The position numbers were made by a program, and so were the translations under genes. A DNA stretch of 32,313 nucleotides. It comes from Myxococcota bacterium. GTDB taxonomy: Bacteria; Myxococcota; SpSt-1050. Location of the stretch: positions 1 to 32,313 of the forward strand of contig JBMFOP010000030.1 in the NCBI GenBank assembly GCA_049969675.1, given 5' to 3'. Of the stretch, positions 18,780 through 26,807 are shown in pieces (the first letter of the stretch is position 1; each line of letters begins with the position of its first letter). A model generated the notes under the pieces. It was given only the letters and a program-made list of their open reading frames with translations. It ran no database searches and was not told the DNA's origin.

Positions 18780-19325
18780 ATGAAGAAGAACACGAAGGCA
18801 CTATTATGGGTAATCGCTGTATTCTCAGTACTGGCAGTTGGCCTCTACATCGGAGGCTGCGGCGGCGATGAATCATCATCGGATGTTCCCACAACCACAG
18901 ATATCAGCCAAACCACAGATGTCAGCCAGACCACAGATGTCAGCCAAACCACAGATGTCAGCCAAACCAATCCCTGCGATGGGAAGGAGGCCGGTGATGC
19001 CTGCCCAGGCGGTTTCTGTGTTGACAAAGTTGGCGGTCGTATTGAATGCGCGAAAGAGTGCATAGTAATAGGCATTGATGAGTCCTGTGGTGAGGGCAAT
19101 GGTTGCTATCCGATTGGCTCAAACAAGGTCTGTCTAGAGGCCGGCACAAAGCAGGTCGGAGACGCCTGCGGTGTCCCCAATGACTGTGTCGCCGGTGCTG
19201 TGTGCCTACAGCCCGAGGGCGGCTCATTTGCTTGCTTCCAGGTATGCACAAAAGATGAAGACTGCACAGATGGTGGCACCTGCACAGATACAGGGCTTGG
19301 CTATAGCGTCTGTGTAGTAGAGTAA
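18780..19325 (+). CDS. Cys-rich lipoprotein with Thr/Ser/Asp repeat linker
   Basis: Start reassigned to ATG 18780 (AAGGAGG SD). Signal MKKNTKALLWVIAVFSVLAVGLYIGGC, then (TTDVSQ)x4 and 16 further Cys in two related modules. Confidence 0.85.
   Translation: MKKNTKALLWVIAVFSVLAVGLYIGGCGGDESSSDVPTTTDISQTTDVSQTTDVSQTTDVSQTNPCDGKEAGDACPGGFCVDKVGGRIECAKECIVIGIDESCGEGNGCYPIGSNKVCLEAGTKQVGDACGVPNDCVAGAVCLQPEGGSFACFQVCTKDEDCTDGGTCTDTGLGYSVCVVE
18894..18969 (+). repeat. In-frame 18-bp tandem repeat x4 (ACCACAGATGTCAGCCAA) encoding TTD[IV]SQ
   Basis: Units at 18894, 18912, 18930 and 18948, each with at most one mismatch. Confidence 0.95.
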
Positions 19326-19348
19326 ACTAAATTAGATCGAGAAGAATC

Positions 19349-19374
19349 AAGGCGGCTTTATGCCGCCTTTTTTT
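19349..19374 (+). terminator. Rho-independent terminator
   Basis: AAGGCGGC-TTTAT-GCCGCCTT followed by a T run, 24 bp after the stop codon. Confidence 0.88.
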
Positions 19375-19411
19375 ATTTTAAACAACTCACCTGCTCTCAT
19401 TAAAAATTTAA

Positions 19412-19828
19412 TTATGATTGGTGCTTAAATCTCTTCATCTTGAATTTAAGTAAATCCAAATTATGAATCCGAAATAGATGGGATCGACAGCTACAACCCG
19501 AACAGCCGAAGCCAGATATTGGTGATTCAGTCTTAATGAGGCTTTTTGCAATTCTGCACCCTTCAGACTTTTTAGCCTCCCTGTAAAAGACCTCTATAAC
19601 TTCCACATCTTTACTATTAAGTAAATAATCTATGTGCCAGAATATCTTCTTCTCTCCTGATAAATGTCTCCTCAATCTCCCTCTGAGATCTCTCTGGGCT
19701 GAGCCGACATAGGCATAGACACCTCTCTTGAAATACATAAAGCCCAATGCCCCAACCCTCAATCTCAAATCCCTTCTTACATCAATTACCAGAACATAGA
19801 CGCCCTTTATAATCTCGCCTTCTCTCAT
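19412..19828 (-). CDS. GIY-YIG (Uri superfamily) nuclease, DUF123 family
   Basis: KGVYVL, VGALG, GVYAYVGSA, RLRRH, WHIDYLL, GFGCSGCSCRSHLF. Confidence 0.85.
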   Translation of the reverse strand: MREGEIIKGVYVLVIDVRRDLRLRVGALGFMYFKRGVYAYVGSAQRDLRGRLRRHLSGEKKIFWHIDYLLNSKDVEVIEVFYREAKKSEGCRIAKSLIKTESPISGFGCSGCSCRSHLFRIHNLDLLKFKMKRFKHQS

Positions 19829-20097
19829 CTCTCTATTGGAGGAAGGTCATTGCTCTGAGAATAAGACTGGGCTGTCTGACTTTGTGAGGGTGGAGATAAC
19901 TCTTTATAAAAGAGCATACACATTACTACCATAGATGCCGGACTTAGTGCGGCTGAACTCAATTGAATTGATACCAGTTGAATATTCACCTGAGAGAGCC
20001 ATCTATTTATCTCCTCTTCAAAATAGCGGGATATGATATTCTCAAAACCGCCGGGTACTGATGATGTTACATTTCTGGTAAAGACCTTTACTTTCAT
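19825..20097 (-). CDS. Small hypothetical protein, weak resemblance to Cse60/DUF2758
   Basis: ATG 20097 with GGAGGA SD; MKVKVF...FEEEINRWL...MLFY pattern; ATGA overlap with the GIY-YIG gene. Confidence 0.65.
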   Translation of the reverse strand: MKVKVFTRNVTSSVPGGFENIISRYFEEEINRWLSQVNIQLVSIQLSSAALSPASMVVMCMLFYKELSPPSQSQTAQSYSQSNDLPPIER

Positions 20098-20122
20098 AAC
20101 TCCTCCATAAGTAGATATGGAT

Positions 20123-20151
20123 ATTATATACAAATTGCCTGAATTTTACAA
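20123..20151 (-). promoter_or_regulatory. Sigma70 promoter for the small protein/GIY-YIG pair
   Basis: TTGTAA (20151-20146), 17 nt spacer, TATAAT (20128-20123). Confidence 0.6.
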
Positions 20152-20219
20152 AGATTTTTATTTACATCTTTTAGTCACATCTGTCTAAAACAAATTTTAA
20201 TTGAAACCTCAAAGATATT

Positions 20220-20443
20220 GAATTCTTAGCAGGAGGTTTTATATAAATATGAATCGCATCAGCATTATACAAATTATACAAATATTGCTTAAGAACAAGT
20301 TTTATAAGGTGATGATAGAGATAAGGGCAGACACAGGAATAAATAGATTTATCCCTTAGGAATAATTCGTGGCTGAGTACTACAATAAACATAAAGCAAA
20401 GCCGCTCAAATGGACATATAATGAAAAGCCCTTATCGGCTTAA
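20220..20443 (+). mobile_element. Decayed IS630-family transposase 3' remnant
   Basis: 20366-20443 translates FVAEYYNKHKAKPLKWTYNEKPLSA*, resembling the IS630 C-terminal F..Y.N...KPF.WTY motif. ILSRRF occurs upstream near 20222; the intervening sequence is disrupted. Confidence 0.55.
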
Positions 20444-20850
20444 TTATAACATTTATTATGAGACAAAACGCCTTCCGAGTCTACTAACTGGAGTTACTAT
20501 ACAAGGGCTTATGGAAATAAAATAAATCATTTAAGACTTAGCTACAATATCAGATGTAGAGCGAAAAACATTAAATGGTATTTAATCCGGGCAGCATTTT
20601 AATATATAGCGTGTTGAAGAAATAGGAGTAACCTGATTTTGAAAATATAGATTTAATAGTTTAGAGTCATTATTTTACAAACCAGTCTATCTCTCAAAGC
20701 AGATGGTTCGGGACAGCGGTGTTTCATTCACAAATTTTTGATTGTGCAATGAAATAATATGATATATATCATTGTTGTTTATATATCGTTGTTGTTATTT
20801 ATACGATATTTTATATTAAGAAATCCGCATTTTTCGGATAGGTAAGATTA

Positions 20851-23460
20851 ATGGAAGAGATAAAAGACATGCTATATAAACCAGATATAAATAAGCTCCC
20901 AATTCCAGATGCTATGCACAATGAATATGGGTTTATCATAAGATGGCTATTCAATAGATTCTTCTCAAAGATAAAGTTCCCTGATTCAGAAATTGATAAA
21001 ATCAGAAAGGCGACGCAGAATGGGACAGTCGTCTATACCATGCTCTCACGGTCATTTCTGGCATTTCTATATCTAAACTTTGTATTCTCCAAATTCAATC
21101 TACCACTTGCGAGATTTGTAAATGGATTAAAGTTATGGCTCTATCAGCCATTATCCCGATTTTTAAGATTAAGTGAGATAAGAATAAAAGGGATTACTGG
21201 CAAACCATCCGAGTTGAGGCACAGATTAAATCTCCTTACACTCTCCGGTGAATCTTCTCTGATATTCTTAAGAAAACCCCGTTTTATAATAAGACCCCAT
21301 GTCTTTTATGATATAGACTACATTGAGACACTTATTGAGACGCAAAGAGATTCAAAAAAGCCGATACTTTTACTACCTATTCTCATTACATATCAGAAGA
21401 AACCAACAAACGAGAGACAGGGTATTCTGGATATACTTTTAGGTGAGAGAGACGCCCCGACATTGATTAGAGAGATATTTACAATGCTTTTATATCATAA
21501 GAGTGGAGAGGTAAGGGTCGGCGAGGCTATAAACATAAGTGATGTCTTAAAGGAGATGGAGGGGAGGAGTTTAGATGCGATCTCCCGCCGAATAAGATAT
21601 CTCATATACAAGAATATTACCCGAGAGAAGACAGCACTCACAGGACCCATTAAGAGAGAACCTAACTCCATGTGGAAGCTCCTCATCCACGACTCTCTGG
21701 TAGTTGACACTATTAAGAAATTATCTCAGGAAAGACCTGAAAATCAATCACACCTTATGAAAAGGGCTGAAAAGATTATCAGGAGGATGGTCTGCGATTT
21801 AGATTATAACTATATTCGCCTCTTTGATGTCACCCTCAAAGCCATCTGGAAGATCACAGACATCAAAGTTGAATATAACAATGACGGTATAGAGAAATTA
21901 AGAGAGACATTAAGGAGAGGTCCGGTTATTCTATGCCCAATGCATCGTTCGCATGTGGATTATCTGATTGTCTCGCAGATACTTTATAATAATGACATCA
22001 TAGTGCCACACATAGCCGCCGGCGATAATCTCGCATTCTGGCCTATGGGACATATTTTCAGGAAGTCGGGTGCATATTTTATCAGAAGGACATTTAAGGG
22101 CGATGAGTTATATGTAAGTATCTTCAAGGCATATATGAAGAGGTTACTGAAGGATGGATGGACACAGGAGTTCTTTATAGAGGGGACGAGGAGCCGCACA
22201 GGGAAGACCCTTCAACCCAGGTTCGGACTTCTGACTTATATGGTGGATGCATATCTGGAAGGCGCCTGCGACGATATATTCTTTATTCCTATCTCCATTC
22301 TCTATGAAAAGGTCATTGAATCCGGTTCGTATATGAAGGAACTCCTGGGAAAAGAAAAGGCAAAAGAGGATATAAAAGGGCTTGTGAAGACCACAGGTGT
22401 CCTTACATCAAAATATGGAAATATATATGTGCAATTCGGCGAGCCCATCTCTATAAAACAGTTTTTGTTTGAGAGAGGATTTAGTGGAAGATATCAGGAT
22501 GAGGAGAAAAAGAAATCAGATATCTTAGCACTCGGATACAGAATTGCTTATGATATAAATAGTATAGCAACCGTTTCTCCATCCGGACTGATCAGTGCAA
22601 TAATATTGTCAGACAATAGAAGATGGTTTGATATAGATGAAATAGCGGGTTATGCGGAGTTTCTACTTAATATTATAAGACAAAAAAAGGATATCAAAAT
22701 TGCCTCCGTGCTCAATAATCTCAGAGAATCAATAAAGGAGACACTCAACAGATTTATTGGTGATGGAACTGTCATTGCAAAGGAGAATCAAGATGGAAAG
22801 TATCTCTATAGGGCATCAGAACACAAGAGATTTATTCTGGACTATTACAAAAACGGATTCATACACTTTACACTGAATATATCTATCGCATCAACATCAA
22901 TCCTAACTTTTAGAGATTTTAGATGTACAAAATCTGATATACTCAACAGATCAAAAAGATTAAGAGATATTCTCAAAAATGAATTTATATTCAAAGTCAA
23001 TACAGATTTTGATTCCGAATTTGCTGATTCATTTAAACTCGCCCTGGATATGGGATTTATTAAAACAGAAGGGGATCATATCCAGCTTAATAGTGATTAT
23101 GTAGAATATGCAAAGTTGCTATCAAGCTTTATGACCTCCCTGTTGGAATCATATCTCATAACAGTAGAATATGTCCTGTTACTTACAAATAAGGATATGG
23201 ATAAAAAGTCATTTATTAAAAAGGCTCTGGCATTCGGGCTTTCAATGTACGACAGGGCAAAGATAAAGAATCTGGAATCTGTTTCAAAGGTTACCATAGA
23301 GAACGCTACTGATTTTCTGATTGCACAGGGGATTTTAAAAAGGAGAGATGTTGAATCAAAGATACCTATACTATATTACAATGACACAGAGGAATCTCAA
23401 AAGAAGGTTTTTGAACTAAAAGATGATATAAATAGATTTTTAGGAAATATTAGAGACTGA
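20851..23460 (+). CDS. plsB: Glycerol-3-phosphate 1-O-acyltransferase (PlsB/GPAT-DHAPAT family)
   Basis: HRSHVD (HX4D), AAGDNL, GAYFIRR, FFIEGTRSRTGK, PISILYEK; long helical C-terminal domain. Confidence 0.88.
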   Translation: MEEIKDMLYKPDINKLPIPDAMHNEYGFIIRWLFNRFFSKIKFPDSEIDKIRKATQNGTVVYTMLSRSFLAFLYLNFVFSKFNLPLARFVNGLKLWLYQPLSRFLRLSEIRIKGITGKPSELRHRLNLLTLSGESSLIFLRKPRFIIRPHVFYDIDYIETLIETQRDSKKPILLLPILITYQKKPTNERQGILDILLGERDAPTLIREIFTMLLYHKSGEVRVGEAINISDVLKEMEGRSLDAISRRIRYLIYKNITREKTALTGPIKREPNSMWKLLIHDSLVVDTIKKLSQERPENQSHLMKRAEKIIRRMVCDLDYNYIRLFDVTLKAIWKITDIKVEYNNDGIEKLRETLRRGPVILCPMHRSHVDYLIVSQILYNNDIIVPHIAAGDNLAFWPMGHIFRKSGAYFIRRTFKGDELYVSIFKAYMKRLLKDGWTQEFFIEGTRSRTGKTLQPRFGLLTYMVDAYLEGACDDIFFIPISILYEKVIESGSYMKELLGKEKAKEDIKGLVKTTGVLTSKYGNIYVQFGEPISIKQFLFERGFSGRYQDEEKKKSDILALGYRIAYDINSIATVSPSGLISAIILSDNRRWFDIDEIAGYAEFLLNIIRQKKDIKIASVLNNLRESIKETLNRFIGDGTVIAKENQDGKYLYRASEHKRFILDYYKNGFIHFTLNISIASTSILTFRDFRCTKSDILNRSKRLRDILKNEFIFKVNTDFDSEFADSFKLALDMGFIKTEGDHIQLNSDYVEYAKLLSSFMTSLLESYLITVEYVLLLTNKDMDKKSFIKKALAFGLSMYDRAKIKNLESVSKVTIENATDFLIAQGILKRRDVESKIPILYYNDTEESQKKVFELKDDINRFLGNIRD

Positions 23461-24339
23461 TTCGTCAAGAACTCTCTTAATCTCTCTTATTAGTAAGCCC
23501 TTATGACGTGCATAGTCTGGTGCGATTATAAACTCATCCGATGCATCTGTGGTGAGCCTATGAATTACAATATCATCTTTTAGATTTTGAAATAAAATCT
23601 TATAGAATCTGAGAAGAGTAGACCTGTCTGGAGGAATAAATCGATTATCAAAATACATCTCAGAGAGTGGTGTATCTCTAAGAACCACTATATTATGAAT
23701 CTTTACTCCATCAACTTTATACCTATTCAGCCATCTGGCAATATTAATAACATCCTCTTCCCCTTCATCTAAAAGACCGAGTATTATATGTGCTACAGTA
23801 TGAATGTTGTGACTTAATGCGAGTCTTAAAAATGTATCCTCCATTACTTTTACAGAGTGTCCGCGATTTATCCGCTTTAAGGTCTCTTCATTTACACTCT
23901 GAACACCTATCTCCACCATCAAGAGTGTCTCTCTTGAAATCTCCTCAAAGAACTTAAAAAACCTCTCACTTATACAGTCAGCCCTTGTCCCGAGAGATAC
24001 TCCCACTACGCCTTTTACAGAAAGCACATCCCTGATAGAATTCATTATCAGACCTTCATCTCCATAGGTAGCGGTATTATCCTGAAGGTATGCAATAAAT
24101 CCCTCTGCCTTATATTTCCGCTTTACAATTTCAATCCCGGCCTCTATCTGCTCAACAGGAGTCATACCTCTTCTATATGAAAATGGAATCAATTCGGCTC
24201 CATTGCAGAATATACAGCCACCCTTTGAAATAGTCCCGTCTCTATTCGGACAGCTATTCCCAATCCTGAATGAGACCTTGTGAACTCTAAAACCGAATCG
24301 GGATTTTAGATAGTCGCTCAAAAATATGAACTTACTCAT
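23440..24339 (-). CDS. TIGR01212 (YhcC-like) radical SAM protein
   Basis: CPNRDGTISKGGCIFC, GTRADC, EIGVQS, INRGH, HIILGL, DGVKIH, IHRLT. Confidence 0.92.
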   Translation of the reverse strand: MSKFIFLSDYLKSRFGFRVHKVSFRIGNSCPNRDGTISKGGCIFCNGAELIPFSYRRGMTPVEQIEAGIEIVKRKYKAEGFIAYLQDNTATYGDEGLIMNSIRDVLSVKGVVGVSLGTRADCISERFFKFFEEISRETLLMVEIGVQSVNEETLKRINRGHSVKVMEDTFLRLALSHNIHTVAHIILGLLDEGEEDVINIARWLNRYKVDGVKIHNIVVLRDTPLSEMYFDNRFIPPDRSTLLRFYKILFQNLKDDIVIHRLTTDASDEFIIAPDYARHKGLLIREIKRVLDESVSNIS

Positions 24340-25195
24340 CCCGCAATCTCTTCAAAAGCCCTACATTTATTCTATCATAGCTCAGACCATCGTCAGGTCT
24401 TATCCCTTTTGGTGTCTCAAGAATGGCGAGTGCATTCTCAATCCTCTTATCCTTAAGAATTCTTCTAAATACAGATAGTCCTATCATACCTTTACCTATA
24501 TGTTCATGTCTATCCTTCTTAGAGCCCAATTTGACCTTGCTATCGTTTATGTGACAGACCAGAAGCCTTTTAATCCCAATCTCATTATCAATTTTATCAA
24601 TAAGTTTTTCATATCCATCTTCATCTGAAATGTCATAACCAGAGGCAAATAGGTGTGCCGTATCTATACACAATCCAGTATCAAAAAAACTTTTTGCCCT
24701 ATCAATCAGTTCAGAGAGCTCCTCAATATTAGAACCAATCTGATTTCCTGAGCCCGCTGTAGTTTCAAAGGTAATTATCACTGGAATCTCTCCGCTCATC
24801 TCTCTCACTTCCATAAGCCCATCTATGATTTTATCTATTCCTACCTCCACACCTCTGCCCCTATGTGAACCCGGATGAATTACATATATATTAATTCCCA
24901 ATCGTGAACATAGCTTTAATTCCTCTGTCATCAGGGAGATAGATCTCTTAATAGTCGTTCTATTATCGCTGGCAAGATTTATCAGATAGGAGCTGTGTGC
25001 TATCACCTTTTTTACAGAATTGGAGATCTTAAATCTCTTTCTGAATTCTTCTATCTCTTCATTAGATATTTCTTTCTTCTTCCAGCTGAGGTTCTGTCTT
25101 ATGAATATCTGAATTGCCTCTGCACCGCACTCCTCACCCTCAGCAATTGATGCACTATATCCCTTTTGAATACTTGTGTGAATACCTATCAACAT
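24332..25195 (-). CDS. nfo: Endonuclease IV (AP endonuclease)
   Basis: QIF, HSSYLINL, HPGSH, ETTAGSG, CIDTAHLFASGYD, HINDSK, DRHEHIG, LETP. Confidence 0.95.
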   Translation of the reverse strand: MLIGIHTSIQKGYSASIAEGEECGAEAIQIFIRQNLSWKKKEISNEEIEEFRKRFKISNSVKKVIAHSSYLINLASDNRTTIKRSISLMTEELKLCSRLGINIYVIHPGSHRGRGVEVGIDKIIDGLMEVREMSGEIPVIITFETTAGSGNQIGSNIEELSELIDRAKSFFDTGLCIDTAHLFASGYDISDEDGYEKLIDKIDNEIGIKRLLVCHINDSKVKLGSKKDRHEHIGKGMIGLSVFRRILKDKRIENALAILETPKGIRPDDGLSYDRINVGLLKRLRDE

Positions 25196-25965
25196 TAGAA
25201 TCTCAAATCGTAATAGAGATTCAGTCCACTCCCATATCTGTCACAGAATTTATCATCATACAGAGGGATACTGAGAGAGACATAGACCGTATTAAGTTCA
25301 CCAATCAGAAATCTGACTCCCGGATTCAGGTATATATTTGAAATGCCATTTGATAGGTCTCTAAATAAAAGCAGATCAGAGAAGAGAGTCAATTTCTCAG
25401 AGTAAAAGTAATATTCTGCCTTTAATTCGGTGCTGAATCCAGAATTTGCACGGGTGATATAGAGTCCGCCGTAATATTTCTTATCTGCAAGAGATTGATA
25501 ATATTGCAAAAGAACCCCGAGGTCAAAATTCTCAATCGCTCTGTCAAAAAATCCAGCATAAAAAGAGAGATTATTCTCAAGATCGTTCTGTATGTTTGAG
25601 CCAATATTTAAGGCTGGTGTAAACTGAATCCCTGAAATAATGGTAAAATCATTTAGCCCTCTCAGATATCCCAGATCCAGTAGTATTGTATTCAACATAA
25701 TATCATCTTTACTCTCATCTGGATTAATAACCAGAGGTATATTTAACTTAATGATAAGATCACCTGTGACATATCTACCACTAAAAAACAGAGGTGTAAT
25801 TGTAGTCTCAGAGCCCTTATATCCAAGTCTGTCCGGCATATTTTTGGGCATCATTCCAATGGATATCCCACTCCTATCCGATGGATATATTGTGGTAAAT
25901 GTCATATCATCTGCAAAGAGATTGATAGAGAAGAAGATAATAAATACCAAAGTAATTCCCTTCAT
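25195..25965 (-). CDS. Putative outer-membrane beta-barrel protein
   Basis: Signal peptide (..INLFA/DD), alternating amphipathic strands, terminal GLNLYYDLRF with C-terminal Phe. Confidence 0.65.
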   Translation of the reverse strand: MKGITLVFIIFFSINLFADDMTFTTIYPSDRSGISIGMMPKNMPDRLGYKGSETTITPLFFSGRYVTGDLIIKLNIPLVINPDESKDDIMLNTILLDLGYLRGLNDFTIISGIQFTPALNIGSNIQNDLENNLSFYAGFFDRAIENFDLGVLLQYYQSLADKKYYGGLYITRANSGFSTELKAEYYFYSEKLTLFSDLLLFRDLSNGISNIYLNPGVRFLIGELNTVYVSLSIPLYDDKFCDRYGSGLNLYYDLRF

Positions 25966-26807
25966 CCATTCACCCCTTCATACTGCTCAAAGGCATTGTA
26001 AGAACTCCTAACATATCTACCGGAGTAGACAAATTCTATTCCACTCACTTCGGCAATCCTCTTTATAGCCATAAACTCCTCATCTGTATAATACTTTACA
26101 ACCTCAATATTTGCAAGAGTAGGTCTAAAATATTGTCCTATTGTCAGCATCTTAACCCCCGCATTGTGTAAATCAGAGAATAAATCTCTCAAGTCTGATT
26201 CCGTCTCACCAAATCCTAAAATGACTCCACTCTTTGTAAAGAATCCTCTCTTTGAGAAGAAGTTTAAGAGCCTGAGGGACCTCTCATAATCTGCCTCAGG
26301 CCTTACTACTTCATAAAGCCTCTTTACTGTCTCCATATTGTGATTTAGGACATCAATATTCAGGGTTGAGATTATCTCAAACGCCCTCTCATCTCCATTG
26401 AAGTCCGGGATTAATAGCTCAATCTTTATCTCCGGTACCTTCTCCTTTAATCTATTTACAACATCTCTATATATCTCTGCACCACCAAACGGAAGGTCAT
26501 CTCTCGTCACAGATGTAATCACCGCGTACTTGATACCGAGTGAAAGCACAGCCTCACAGACCCTTGTTGCCTCTTCCGTATCAATCCCTGCCGTCATATA
26601 GTGTTTTACAGAACAGAATCTACATCCCCTTGTGCAACCATCCCCCAAAATCAAAAATGTCGCCCTCCTCTTTGACATACACTCCGAGATATTTGGACAT
26701 TTAGCCTCTTCACAGATGGTATGCAGTCTATTTTTTCTCAAAATAGTTGTTACTTCATTGAGTTCGCTGAGTCTGATCTTCCTCTTTATTCCTCTTATGT
26801 TAATCAT
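25962..26807 (-). CDS. lipA: Lipoyl synthase
   Basis: CEEAKCPNISEC (CX4CX5C), CTRGCRFC, ITSVTRDDL, NHNMETV, TIGQY, VRSSY. Confidence 0.95.
   Translation of the reverse strand: MINIRGIKRKIRLSELNEVTTILRKNRLHTICEEAKCPNISECMSKRRATFLILGDGCTRGCRFCSVKHYMTAGIDTEEATRVCEAVLSLGIKYAVITSVTRDDLPFGGAEIYRDVVNRLKEKVPEIKIELLIPDFNGDERAFEIISTLNIDVLNHNMETVKRLYEVVRPEADYERSLRLLNFFSKRGFFTKSGVILGFGETESDLRDLFSDLHNAGVKMLTIGQYFRPTLANIEVVKYYTDEEFMAIKRIAEVSGIEFVYSGRYVRSSYNAFEQYEGVNG

Noticed and set aside
18894..18969. 18-bp repeat as a CRISPR or DGR element
   Set aside because: Head-to-tail with no spacers, in frame within a gene, and no reverse transcriptase nearby.
18838..19251. Alternative-frame ORFs 18838..19065, 18845..19099 and 18958..19251
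   Set aside because: Shadows of the GC-richer, repeat-containing lipoprotein gene.
20171..20392. 73-aa minus-strand ORF
   Set aside because: No SD or recognisable motif; it lies antisense to the IS630-like relic.
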